A stretch of 64,000 nt of DNA from an uncultured Candidatus Saccharibacteria bacterium. Its GTDB lineage: Bacteria; Patescibacteriota; UBA1384; DTJR01. Shown here in pieces: positions 9,283 to 18,273 of this stretch. The DNA lies in assembly GCA_964487045.1 (NCBI GenBank), contig CAZAOT010000003.1:3730-67729 (forward strand). Reading direction: 5' to 3'. The notes beneath the pieces were generated by a model. That model was not told where the DNA came from. It ran no database searches and worked only from the letters and a program-made list of their open reading frames with translations. The position numbers and the translations under genes were made by a program. Position 1 is the stretch's first letter; the number at the start of each line of letters is the position of its first letter.

Positions 9283-9372
9283 TGGCGGAGAGGGTGGGAT
9301 TCGAACCCACGAGACCCTTGCGAGCCCAACAGTTTTCGAGACTGTCCTGTTCAACCACTCCAGCACCTCTCC
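9283..9372 (-). tRNA. tRNA-Ser (anticodon CGA), long variable arm, CCA encoded
   Basis: Minus strand: GGAGAGG-TG-CTGG..AGTGGTTGAA..-ACAGT-CTCGAAA-ACTGT-long variable arm-GTGGG-TTCGAAT-CCCAC-CCTCTCC-G-CCA. Upstream promoter TTGATT-N17-TAATAT at 9385-9413 (minus). Confidence 0.8.
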
Positions 9373-9478
9373 AACTTTTTGTATATTACCTTTTAACCGA
9401 GGGCAAATCAATCTGTTTAAAAAGAAATTGCCCTTCAAGCGCTGTGCTATCGGGGCAATTGGTGTAGGCGGGTAGCTT

Positions 9479-10204
9479 CTAGTTAGATCGCATTTCGGCT
9501 ACCACGGTGCAAATCTGCTCGGGCGAAGGAGCGTGAGGCAGCTTGATCCGACCGAGGCAAAGCTCAGCTGTCTCGTCGATCCTCCCGCCCAAAAGCGTGG
9601 TCGTCTCGAGGATAGCCCTTGCCCCCTTGGGCAGCCACTCGTCCTCGAGCTTCTCGATGAAGCTGACCGCACCATCCTCGTCGAAGATCCCTCCTGGCTC
9701 TAGCTCGCAAAGCATTCCGATGAAGAAGTCCCCAGGCATAAGCTTCCAGAGTTCCTCGCGGAGCTCTGTTACCGACAAGACGAGGTGACACTTCGCGAAC
9801 ACCTTGCCGAGAAGTACATCTCGAAGTCCTTCGCCGTACATGCCAGAGCCGCAGAAGCTAGCGATAAGCGCTGTGCCACTTGGCGCGCCATGTGCCAAAT
9901 GAGGCGCTAGGATGTCCCCAAAATGCATATACGTATCGTGAGAAACAGCCTTGCCGGCAAGCGCCCGTCTAGCATCTTCGAACGAATGAGAGGTGACGAT
10001 CCTGTGGTCGTAGCAGCTTCGTGGAATGATCGGGATCCAACCGCTTAGCTGAACAGGAGCCATCTTTGGGTCTGGTGGGATTGCCCAGATGTAGAGCCTT
10101 TTCCCGCACGAGCAGCCCTGCCCGCTGTAGAAGAAGTCGTCATCCATCTCGGCCTTGATCGCATCGCGCTGCTCGCTGCGAATCCGTGCTCGGCTATGTG
10201 GCAT
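9479..10204 (-). CDS. Orphan protein B (about 241 aa from the SD-supported ATG; the ORF extends to 10252) in a GC-rich island
   Basis: GC-rich ORF. GGGAGGG SD 11 nt upstream of the ATG at 10204. No family recognised. Confidence 0.45.
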   Translation of the reverse strand: MPHSRARIRSEQRDAIKAEMDDDFFYSGQGCSCGKRLYIWAIPPDPKMAPVQLSGWIPIIPRSCYDHRIVTSHSFEDARRALAGKAVSHDTYMHFGDILAPHLAHGAPSGTALIASFCGSGMYGEGLRDVLLGKVFAKCHLVLSVTELREELWKLMPGDFFIGMLCELEPGGIFDEDGAVSFIEKLEDEWLPKGARAILETTTLLGGRIDETAELCLGRIKLPHAPSPEQICTVVAEMRSN

Positions 10205-10275
10205 TTTTCCAGCCCTCCCTCTGTAATGTGCGATTTGCGAAAAGAGTAGCACATCTGTAAGATAAGATCTAGTCT

Positions 10276-10863
10276 ATGATATATTTTGTTACCTCAAATA
10301 AAGGCAAGTTCGCTGAAGCGAAGCAGATCGTTCCAGAATTAGAAATGCTTGAAATTGATCTTCCCGAAGAGCAGGAGGTCGATCAACAGAAAATTGTTGA
10401 GAGAAAATTAGCTCTTGCTGCTGATTATTTCTGCTCATCAGTTGGCCGAAAGCGTCTTGGGGAAAATAGGCCAGATGGCAAAATTTCATTTGTCGTCGAG
10501 GATACCGGCTTTTATATCAACTGCCTACCTGGTCTTCCCGGACCGCTGATCAAGTGGTTCTTGAAAACGATTGGCAGAAGGGGAGTCTATGATATTTGTA
10601 AAAAATTCGATGATTTCGGAGCTAAAGGAGTTTCGATACTTGGCTACCGAGATGAAAATGGCATTGTTAAATTTTTTAAAGGTGAAATTACAGGCCAGGT
10701 AGTACTCGAAAGAGGGGATGATGGTTTTGGTTGGGATCCGGTCTTTATACCCGAGGGAGAAGATCGGACCTTTGCCGAAATGAGCTCGAGTGAGAAAAAC
10801 GAAATCTCGATGAGGAGAAAAGCGTTTGAGCAGTTGGCTAAGGAGCTTGCTACTAGGTACTAA
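10276..10863 (+). CDS. rdgB: Non-canonical purine NTP pyrophosphatase (Ham1/RdgB family)
   Basis: 195 aa with SNKGKFAEA N-terminus, EDTG...GFGWDPVFIPEG..FAEM..EKNEISMRRKA. Plus-strand promoter TTGCGA-N17-TAAGAT at 10231-10259. Confidence 0.75.
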   Translation: MIYFVTSNKGKFAEAKQIVPELEMLEIDLPEEQEVDQQKIVERKLALAADYFCSSVGRKRLGENRPDGKISFVVEDTGFYINCLPGLPGPLIKWFLKTIGRRGVYDICKKFDDFGAKGVSILGYRDENGIVKFFKGEITGQVVLERGDDGFGWDPVFIPEGEDRTFAEMSSSEKNEISMRRKAFEQLAKELATRY

Positions 10864-10926
10864 CAGTCAGTTGCGAACACAAGATCAAATCCCATCTTTT
10901 TGAGATTTTTTCGTATGGGTCTAGTA

Positions 10927-10953
10927 TTGACTTTCTGCGAGATTTGGTATAAT
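10927..10953 (+). promoter_or_regulatory. Promoter of cassette C (TTGACT-N15-TGgTATAAT extended -10)
   Basis: -35 at 10927-10932 and -10 at 10948-10953 with TGG upstream. Confidence 0.55.
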
Positions 10954-11037
10954 ATAACCAGTTCCGAGGGAACCTTGAATGATCGCAGAACGCGGCTGGT
11001 ACCAGCCGTAATCGCTAACTCCCATGGGAGGGAGATC

Positions 11038-11415
11038 ATGCCGCCCAACAGTCGCAAGGCAAGCGCCCCGCGTTATAGGGGGTGCGTTGCTCAGCACAAG
11101 GCGTTCGATGATATCTGCGCTCAGATGACGCCTGCCGAGAGGCAGGAGTTTCTGATCGGCATCGGCGTATGCATCGGCTCATCTGTCGAAGCTAGTCGCA
11201 CACGCTCGATGGTTCGCAGAGCAACAAAGGGGCTAATCGCTGACGGGTTTCATGTCGAAGCTGCCAGCGTATTGGTCTCGAACGGGATGAAGAAGGACGC
11301 ACTCGCCGCGGTCAAGGTAGGTCTTGCCTGTCACCCGAGCAAGAACGCCCAGGACCTCGAGGTCCGCATCCGGCTTGTCGAGTTGGAGAGCGCAGCCGAA
11401 AGGCTACCGTCGTGA
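11038..11415 (+). CDS. Orphan protein C (125 aa) in a GC-rich island
   Basis: SD GGGAGGGAG then ATG at 11038. The listed ORF start at 10900 lies upstream of the promoter. No family recognised. Confidence 0.5.
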   Translation: MPPNSRKASAPRYRGCVAQHKAFDDICAQMTPAERQEFLIGIGVCIGSSVEASRTRSMVRRATKGLIADGFHVEAASVLVSNGMKKDALAAVKVGLACHPSKNAQDLEVRIRLVELESAAERLPS

Positions 11416-11458
11416 CGCAAATTCAAGGTTCCCTCCCCAGCCACGCCTAGCGTGGCAC

Positions 11459-11494
11459 AAGGGGCACGGCCGATCACCGTGCCCCTTTTACTTT
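11459..11494 (+). terminator. Intrinsic terminator of cassette C
   Basis: AGGGGCACGGCCGATCACCGTGCCCCT hairpin followed by TTTACTTTG. Additional hairpin CCACGCCTAGCGTGG just before it. Confidence 0.6.
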
Positions 11495-11630
11495 GTCCTA
11501 ATTTTTTCTCCTATGGTAAAATAGAGTTTGGATTGTAGATATGTGACAAGCTGTCGCTTTAGCGACACCAAAATTAGAACTTAGTAATTAAAAATTAAAA
11601 ATTTGCCGTTAGCTTCTGAGGCAGATTTTA

Positions 11631-13277
11631 GTGCATCGACGATATTTAGTAAGGAGGAATTTGGGCGACGATATAAGTAAGGCGTTGAAGATGTTCTCCC
11701 GCGAGGAGGAGGAAAAATTAGCCCGCGATCAGGCGGCCAGGCTTGGCTATCCTTATATTAATTTAGTTGGCTTCCCGTTCACTCCAGAGGTAATTAGTGT
11801 CTTGCCTAAAGACCAGTCCAAGGCTTTGCAGGCGGTTTCTTTTTATAAATTAAACGACGTAGTTAAGGTCGCAACGAGTAATCCAAAGAATCCTGAGCTC
11901 GTTCCATTTTTGAAAGATTTGGCTGCAGCGACAAACTTGAAATTTTACTTGTATTTTTGCTCCGACTCCTCGCTAAAATACGGCTTAGCGCAGCTTGAGT
12001 TCGTCAAGGAAGCGCCAAAGACCATGGAAAAGCACGTGATCTCAAACGACTATATACAAGGCAAATTTGGGGGCGCTCAGGACCTTCAAGCCATCGGCCA
12101 AAAGATCCTTGAAACGTCCGTTACCGATATCATGGACATCATTTTTGCTGGGGCAATTCATCTTGATGCATCCGATATTCACATCGAGCCGATTGAGTCA
12201 GGAGCGCGTCTTCGTTATCGAATCGATGGAATCTTGCAAGACATTATCACGCTTCCCGAGGATACATATAAGGCGCTTCGTAATCGTATTAAGTACCTGT
12301 GCAAAATGAAGATGAACATTACCGAGGAACCGCAGGACGGGCGCTTTGATGTAGAAATTGGCGGCAAAAGCATTGATATCAGGGTTTCGCTTATGCCGAG
12401 CGCATGGGGCGAGGTAATTGTCACCAGGTTACTTAATCCATCCGGGGCGATGGTGACTTTGGAAGAGCTTGGTTTTAATCAGAAGGCGCTTGCGGATATT
12501 GAAGAGGCGATCAAAAAGCCTAATGGTGCGATTTTCAACACAGGTCCAACCGGTTCGGGAAAAACAACGACTTTGTATTCTATTTTGCAAAAATTAAACT
12601 CTCCAGAAGTTAAAATCATAACCCTTGAAGATCCGATCGAGTACCGTATCGCTGGGATCGATCAGAGTCAGGTAAATCCAGAAGCTGGGTTTGACTTTGC
12701 CTCGGGCTTAAAGCACGCCCTTAGACAAGATCCGGACATTATCATGGTTGGAGAAATTCGCGACAAGGAGACCGCCGAAACAGCACTTCAGGCTGCACTA
12801 ACCGGACATTTGGTTTTGACTACCCTGCACACCAATTCCGCTCCATCTGCAATTCCTAGAATGATCGATTTGGGGGTCAGGCCGTTTCTTTTATCAGGCT
12901 CGATTAATTTAATTATCGCTCAAAGACTTGTTCGAAAACTTTGCCAAGCATGTAAGGGTGCGGGCAAGGGTTGCGCCGAATGCCGAGGCACGGGCTACAA
13001 GGGTAGAGTCGCCTTGATCGAAACTTTGAAAATTACGCCTAGGATAGAAGAACTAATTGCGAAACAGGCGAATGTAACTGAGTACGAGCGAGTTGCTAGA
13101 GAAGAGGGGATGATCCCGATGCGTGAGGATGGCTTGGCTAAGGTCAAGGCTGGCATTACAACCGAAGAGGAAGTAAATCGAGTGACTAGTGAGGAAGTGC
13201 CCGCTCCGAAACCATCACAGCCAGCAGCAGATGCTGCGCAGCCCGAGCAGACTTCGGCCATACCGCCGCAGGTTTAG
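11631..13277 (+). CDS. Type II/IV secretion-system ATPase (PilB/GspE family). True start possibly the TTG near 11664, after AAGGAGG.
   Basis: GSPII_E N-terminal domain. Walker A GPTGSGKTT. Asp/His boxes. C-terminal tetracysteine CQAC...CAEC zinc motif. Confidence 0.85.
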   Translation: MHRRYLVRRNLGDDISKALKMFSREEEEKLARDQAARLGYPYINLVGFPFTPEVISVLPKDQSKALQAVSFYKLNDVVKVATSNPKNPELVPFLKDLAAATNLKFYLYFCSDSSLKYGLAQLEFVKEAPKTMEKHVISNDYIQGKFGGAQDLQAIGQKILETSVTDIMDIIFAGAIHLDASDIHIEPIESGARLRYRIDGILQDIITLPEDTYKALRNRIKYLCKMKMNITEEPQDGRFDVEIGGKSIDIRVSLMPSAWGEVIVTRLLNPSGAMVTLEELGFNQKALADIEEAIKKPNGAIFNTGPTGSGKTTTLYSILQKLNSPEVKIITLEDPIEYRIAGIDQSQVNPEAGFDFASGLKHALRQDPDIIMVGEIRDKETAETALQAALTGHLVLTTLHTNSAPSAIPRMIDLGVRPFLLSGSINLIIAQRLVRKLCQACKGAGKGCAECRGTGYKGRVALIETLKITPRIEELIAKQANVTEYERVAREEGMIPMREDGLAKVKAGITTEEEVNRVTSEEVPAPKPSQPAADAAQPEQTSAIPPQV

Positions 13278-13308
13278 TTTGCAAGTAAATAAATTTTTTT
13301 AAGTATAA

Positions 13309-13341
13309 AAAAACTCCCCGAGAGATCGGGGAGTTTTTCGT
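13309..13341. terminator. Bidirectional terminator between the PilB gene and the convergent VirB2-like gene
   Basis: AAAAAACTCCCCGAGAGATCGGGGAGTTTTTCG. Confidence 0.55.
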
Positions 13342-13350
13342 TCAATGTCT

Positions 13351-13776
13351 TTATTCTAGGCTTCCGCTGCCAAAGCTGTTTACTACTCCATTGTAGATAA
13401 TTAGAGCTGCTAGAACAATCACAATTCCGATAATAGCGTTTGTAATTGCGGTTCGTCCTTTTCCTGCTTTTTCAGCATCTCCACCAGCTGTGATGTATAG
13501 AACGCCTCCGTAAACCAAGTAAATCACTGCCAATATACCGATTACTGTAAGCAAGATGTTAACGATGTTTGTTATTGTGTCTGTTAAGCTAATATCACCC
13601 CTTGGCGTTAAGGGATTCACTTCATTCAAATCAATCTGTGCAAAAGCGACTGAAGTCCAGGCGCCCGCTGCTAATACTGCTGTTCCCACTTTGGCCGAAA
13701 CATTTTTGAGTAACTTCATAACCCTCCTAGTTGATTTACTAATATATATTCTAAAGACGTTTTCAAAGCTTGTCAA
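13351..13776 (-). CDS. VirB2/TrbC-like small membrane protein (paralog 5 of the GGD-motif family)
   Basis: 141 aa. Signal peptide + two TM helices + ITAGGDAEKAGKG motif. Shared with the proteins at 17821-19354. Confidence 0.5.
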   Translation of the reverse strand: MTSFENVFRIYISKSTRRVMKLLKNVSAKVGTAVLAAGAWTSVAFAQIDLNEVNPLTPRGDISLTDTITNIVNILLTVIGILAVIYLVYGGVLYITAGGDAEKAGKGRTAITNAIIGIVIVLAALIIYNGVVNSFGSGSLE

Positions 13777-14771
13777 ATATTGTCAATTTTGTGAATTCCG
13801 TCAGAGGCGAATAAATAAATTTCTGAGCCAGAGAAGATTATATCACTTACTTCAGGTAGCGTGCTTAGGTCAATCTTTCTAATTATTTTGGAGGGGTTTG
13901 AAATGTTCGAAATTATAAGATTTTGTCCGTCTGTATTCGAAACAATCGCAAGTCGATTGTTAGAGTAATCTGTTAGACGAAGCGAGGTTGTGTCAATTTT
14001 TGTGCGGGATTTGGTGTCTAGGTTTAGCAATTGTACCTCGCTTTCAAACTCGAATTCTTCTGATTGGATCAGTAGCTGCCCAGCTCCTGCTTGTTTTGCA
14101 TCAGAAATAAATCCGTTTTGGAAAATCTTGGTGGTTGTTCCAGTTGCTGTATTTAGTTCGATTAAATCATTTGATTCGTACCCGGAATTATTTTGAACGA
14201 TTATCGCTTTTTCAGGTTGCGTGAGAATAATTCTTCTCGGGGGAGCAAACTTCAAATCAACTATTTTTCTCTGGTTCTTTCCATCAGGGTCAGAGTAAAT
14301 TATCCTGTTAACCGTGTTTGGATCGTATTCATAGTCTTGTGAAAAGCAATTTGCCAAAATAGTGGACTCATCTTTCCAGGTAATAGCTTCGGCAAGACAC
14401 TGCTCTATTTTTATTACCTTTCCTGATTCAACGTCAACAATATAATTTTCGCTGCCATCACCTTTTTCTATGGCAACTATCACCTTTGAATTCGACGGAG
14501 ATGGGTAGTAATCCAGGATCTTGCTGGAGCCCTGGTAGATTATTTTTCTTGATCCATCTGCCTGAGTAAGAACTAGGTTCTTGCTTTCGAAAATATAAAA
14601 TAGGCTTCCCTGAATTAGCGTTGGTTTTTCGGCGATATCACTTGAAACCAGCTCATGACTTTGATTGATCGAGGCGACGTTTGGCTCCTCTCTGTTGTTG
14701 AAAATAATAAACCCAGCAACGAGAGCAGTAATTATCCCTATGAAGATTAAATATCTTTTTTTATTGTTCAT
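13773..14771 (-). CDS. Signal-anchored exported protein with a beta-propeller-like repeat region
   Basis: 332 aa. N-terminal TM. Repetitive D/S/G-rich strands. No family recognised. Confidence 0.4.
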   Translation of the reverse strand: MNNKKRYLIFIGIITALVAGFIIFNNREEPNVASINQSHELVSSDIAEKPTLIQGSLFYIFESKNLVLTQADGSRKIIYQGSSKILDYYPSPSNSKVIVAIEKGDGSENYIVDVESGKVIKIEQCLAEAITWKDESTILANCFSQDYEYDPNTVNRIIYSDPDGKNQRKIVDLKFAPPRRIILTQPEKAIIVQNNSGYESNDLIELNTATGTTTKIFQNGFISDAKQAGAGQLLIQSEEFEFESEVQLLNLDTKSRTKIDTTSLRLTDYSNNRLAIVSNTDGQNLIISNISNPSKIIRKIDLSTLPEVSDIIFSGSEIYLFASDGIHKIDNI

Positions 14772-14775
14772 ATAT

Positions 14776-16263
14776 TTATTTTAACCCCAAACACTTGCCT
14801 GGATCGAAGTAGCCCGTAGTTGAGGAATTCTGATTCATCAGTTGAAAATGAAGGTGGGCCCCAGACGACCAGCCATTATGATCAACCTGAGCAATAACTT
14901 GTCCCTTTTCGACACGTTCACCGGTCTTAACACCTACGCTACCGGTTCTAACGTGATGATATTCGCTGTAAACTCCGTTATCGTGTTTGATTCTAATTAG
15001 ATTCCCGAAGCCTCCATTTTGCGAAGTGTTGCCCCAATAACCACTCCCATCTTTGTATCCTTTGTCTTCGACTAAGACTACGGTACCAGCCATAACCGAC
15101 ACTATCTTTGTTCCTGTCGGTGCGCCAAAATCATATCCTCGATGCTGGGCCCTTCCTCTTTTACCTGTCAGCCCAGATGTTACGTGAGTATTTCCTGGAA
15201 TTGGGAGTGCACACTCTCCTTTGCCGGTAATGATGTCCTCGCCGCCGTAGTCGCTTGTGGGTGCATTATAAAAGTCCGAGGCTTCGGTTCTTCTTGAAAA
15301 TTCAGCCATAAATGCTTGGGCAACTTGCGGACGGAAATCTTGGCCAGCTGCAGGGCCTTCCGCAGGGGTCTCGGATTCTGGTGGGCACTTGTCACCACGG
15401 TCGACCTTGGGAGATGTTTCGACTGCGGAACTAGCTACTGTGTTTGTAGTTGCGCCCGATGCTTGTGTCGTCTTTGGATCAGTCGTAGTTTGCGCGGACG
15501 TGGCCTTCGGCGCTACCGAGAAATAGTTATTTACTCCTCGCTGAAGTGCAGCCGCAACCTTATCCTGCACAGAAGCCTGCTTGTATTTTTCGACAAGTGT
15601 TGGGTTGGAGTGACCGTAAACTTCTACGGTAATTACGGGAGCTTTTGAGTGTGCCGAGATCATAAGTAGCTTGCCCCAGCCGAGTTTATCGTTAGAGTTG
15701 TTGTAGGCTTCACCGTGCGGTGGCCTCACGGACTTAAACCCGCTGGATAGCATCGCTCCATTTATCTTGCTTGCCATTGTCTTGGCGACACTTAAATAGT
15801 TATCTATATGGGGAGAAGTTACATTATATTTATCGGGTCCGGCGACGTCAGGGTAGAGGATGTGATAAGCGTCAACTTTAAGATTGTCAGAATGAATACT
15901 TACCACCATTTCGGCGCCGGCACGATTGGCGATTTCAGCGCGCGCCCTCGTGTCAACATACTCTTTCCCTGATGTATGTCCGCCGAGCGCTTGGCCATTT
16001 TGGGTTCTTGTCATAACAACCTTATATCCATCCGCAATCAGTCTAGCTTGTAATTTCTTAGCTATCTCAAGTTCCGTGGGCCCCTCTATGGGGCGATTAT
16101 TAACTACGGTGCCATGGCCAGCATCGATCACAACAGTGTGTCCATTTCCGGCAGCTTTTGCTTGGGCAGTAAAAAGGCAAACCATCAATAACACCAGGCC
16201 AAAAAATCTGGTCTTGAAGAGACGATTTACTAATTTTCTGGCAATATATCGATGATTTTCCAT
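14776..16263 (-). CDS. Bifunctional peptidoglycan hydrolase: N-acetylmuramoyl-L-alanine amidase (Amidase_3) + C-terminal M23/LytM peptidase
   Basis: VVIDAGHG...MTR amidase motifs at the N-terminus. C-terminal HRGYDFGAP...HLHFQL M23 zinc motifs. Signal peptide. Confidence 0.8.
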   Translation of the reverse strand: MENHRYIARKLVNRLFKTRFFGLVLLMVCLFTAQAKAAGNGHTVVIDAGHGTVVNNRPIEGPTELEIAKKLQARLIADGYKVVMTRTQNGQALGGHTSGKEYVDTRARAEIANRAGAEMVVSIHSDNLKVDAYHILYPDVAGPDKYNVTSPHIDNYLSVAKTMASKINGAMLSSGFKSVRPPHGEAYNNSNDKLGWGKLLMISAHSKAPVITVEVYGHSNPTLVEKYKQASVQDKVAAALQRGVNNYFSVAPKATSAQTTTDPKTTQASGATTNTVASSAVETSPKVDRGDKCPPESETPAEGPAAGQDFRPQVAQAFMAEFSRRTEASDFYNAPTSDYGGEDIITGKGECALPIPGNTHVTSGLTGKRGRAQHRGYDFGAPTGTKIVSVMAGTVVLVEDKGYKDGSGYWGNTSQNGGFGNLIRIKHDNGVYSEYHHVRTGSVGVKTGERVEKGQVIAQVDHNGWSSGAHLHFQLMNQNSSTTGYFDPGKCLGLK

Positions 16264-16736
16264 TGACCTTCAATCTTTTGATATTTAAGATAAGTTACGT
16301 CACTCTCGGATGAATCTTTATATTCTCTAGTGCCGGTGATTTTATAGGTTAAAATTTCTCCATCTTCATTATCGCTTTCGACAAGTTCGATTTTTGAAAT
16401 AGAATATTTTTGGCTCGAGGCGAAGCCCTGCTTTTTGTTAAATTCTTTTTGAACTTCTGCCAATTCTTTTTGGTCTTCGAAGAACTGATCTGACGAATAA
16501 GGCTTGATCGAATTTAGATATTCCTCAGTAGTATTGTCTGTGAAATTTTGAAGTTTATCGATGGCTTGGCTAGCCTCTTGTTTCACCTGTAGTTGCTCCG
16601 AGGTCAGCTCATTGTCCGGGATAGAAGGTGACTCGCCGGCCGAGGGTGACTCGGGTTTAAGTAGAAAATAGGCAATAATTCCCGCTAGAATTACTATTGC
16701 TATGATTATTAATAATTTTTTGTTTTTCATTTGCAT
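16230..16736 (-). CDS. Small signal-anchored secreted protein
   Basis: 168 aa. N-terminal TM then acidic soluble domain. Overlaps neighbouring genes by a few nt (operonic). Confidence 0.35.
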   Translation of the reverse strand: MQMKNKKLLIIIAIVILAGIIAYFLLKPESPSAGESPSIPDNELTSEQLQVKQEASQAIDKLQNFTDNTTEEYLNSIKPYSSDQFFEDQKELAEVQKEFNKKQGFASSQKYSISKIELVESDNEDGEILTYKITGTREYKDSSESDVTYLKYQKIEGQWKIIDILPEN

Positions 16737-17818
16737 GGACCCAGTTTAGTTGATTGGTCTTTTGCGAATCCCAGAACTTCGATTCGGCCATTGTTGCTCC
16801 TAGGGTTGTTGTCATAAGGCTCACTCTTAAATCCTAAATAGTGATAAACTTCTGGTGGACCGCCGTAGTTTACCCCGTGTCTAGCAGAAACAAAGCCTGC
16901 CGGACCAGCTTCCTCAACGCTGACAACCATCATTTTGCCGGTTTCAACGCTTTTGATAACAAGCCGCGAATGAGCAATCTTTTGCCTGATCAATCGAGCT
17001 TTGCTACCAGGAATTGCCAATACTCCACTTGTTGTAAATCTTGCGTAAGGCCATTGAGACGTTATATACCAACGCTCTTGTTCTGTAGTGTGTGGTGCGA
17101 AGGCTCCAGCACCGCCACCTGCGGCAAATGCGGTCGGTTTTGAGTCTGGGCCGATATAGTGATTGGGTGTTGGCAAGTGCTCTTCTCTGCCAATTTTTCC
17201 GCCCTTGGCATACATCGAAACTCCTGGAATCAAACTATCAACTGTTGGACCACATGATGTTTGAGTTACTTCTCCCGTGACTTCATCTGTTTGCTCCTCT
17301 TGTGTTGCTGCTGTTGGTGGCTCGATATCAAAACAATCTCTTCGAATTGAGTCGTTTATCCACATCCCTATCAGGCCTGTACCCATGCCCGTTCCCACAC
17401 AGGGGCCGGGGTGGGTGGCGCCAGAATTAAAGTGCGATGTAAAGAAAGCGATATCGCTTTTATCGAGGGCTTCTCGAAGGGCGACTTTTTCTGATGCTTC
17501 AAATAAGCCGGCTCTGGTTGCTTTCTGCTCTGCCTCTTCTTTAGTGTCGGCCTCAACCTGATCGAGCCTTAGCCAGCTTTCTTTACCCTTGAGTCGATGA
17601 TCCATTGCCCCTCGGCCATCAGGATCGGGCAAGTAGACTCGGTTGCCGTTGGCGTCTTCTTCCTCTATCCAGTTCGAAACGCACCAATAGTTTCCGTTGT
17701 ATAAAAGCTTGGAATTCTCTCCTGTTGGTGTCGAAAATCCTAGGGCAGCAATAGTTAATAAGGCCGCTGCAACGGTCGAGGTAGCTAGAATGGTTGTTTG
17801 AATCGGAGATTTACTCAT
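16727..17818 (-). CDS. Exported hypothetical protein (363 aa), possible cell-wall-active enzyme
   Basis: Signal peptide. Gly-rich and Cys-containing segments. No motif recognised. Confidence 0.35.
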   Translation of the reverse strand: MSKSPIQTTILATSTVAAALLTIAALGFSTPTGENSKLLYNGNYWCVSNWIEEEDANGNRVYLPDPDGRGAMDHRLKGKESWLRLDQVEADTKEEAEQKATRAGLFEASEKVALREALDKSDIAFFTSHFNSGATHPGPCVGTGMGTGLIGMWINDSIRRDCFDIEPPTAATQEEQTDEVTGEVTQTSCGPTVDSLIPGVSMYAKGGKIGREEHLPTPNHYIGPDSKPTAFAAGGGAGAFAPHTTEQERWYITSQWPYARFTTSGVLAIPGSKARLIRQKIAHSRLVIKSVETGKMMVVSVEEAGPAGFVSARHGVNYGGPPEVYHYLGFKSEPYDNNPRSNNGRIEVLGFAKDQSTKLGPCK

Positions 17819-17820
17819 CG

Positions 17821-18273
17821 CTATTTTTGATTCATGAGTTGCTGCACTTCAGCTTGTGTCCTTGCAGGAGTTGGATTGTTTAATGCGTTAACCCCGAACC
17901 TAAAGACGACAAATGACGCCAATATTATCAACATTCCTACAATTGAGCCAGTGATAATTTTTTTAGCAGATTCGGCTTTTTCGCTGTCTCCTCCTGCGGT
18001 TATATATTTTAAGCCAGCAAATATAAATGTAAGCGCCGTTACAATTCCCATTATCCATAAAAAGATTATAATTCCATTGATTACAAAAATTCGAGGATCT
18101 GACGTGGCGTTAGGATTTAAGCCTATAATTTTGCCGCTACTCGTTGTACCGCTCGTGCCAGTGCAGGCGGGATCTGATGGATCGCAGGTAATGATTGGAT
18201 TGCCTGGGAGATCTTTGATTGTTTGATTTGTTAATCCATCGATATCAAAAGCCATTTTTCTCCTAAATTCCAT
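17821..18273 (-). CDS. VirB2/TrbC-like small membrane protein (paralog 4)
   Basis: 150 aa. TM-TM with ITAGGDSEKAESAKK motif. Confidence 0.5.
   Translation of the reverse strand: MEFRRKMAFDIDGLTNQTIKDLPGNPIITCDPSDPACTGTSGTTSSGKIIGLNPNATSDPRIFVINGIIIFLWIMGIVTALTFIFAGLKYITAGGDSEKAESAKKIITGSIVGMLIILASFVVFRFGVNALNNPTPARTQAEVQQLMNQK

Noticed and set aside
9004-9475. Six small ORFs (61-89 aa) between yidC and gene B
   Set aside because: They overlap tRNA-Ser and its duplicated 3' end. Peptides such as MAERVGFEPT are the well-known translation of the GGTTCGAATCC T-loop. Not coding.
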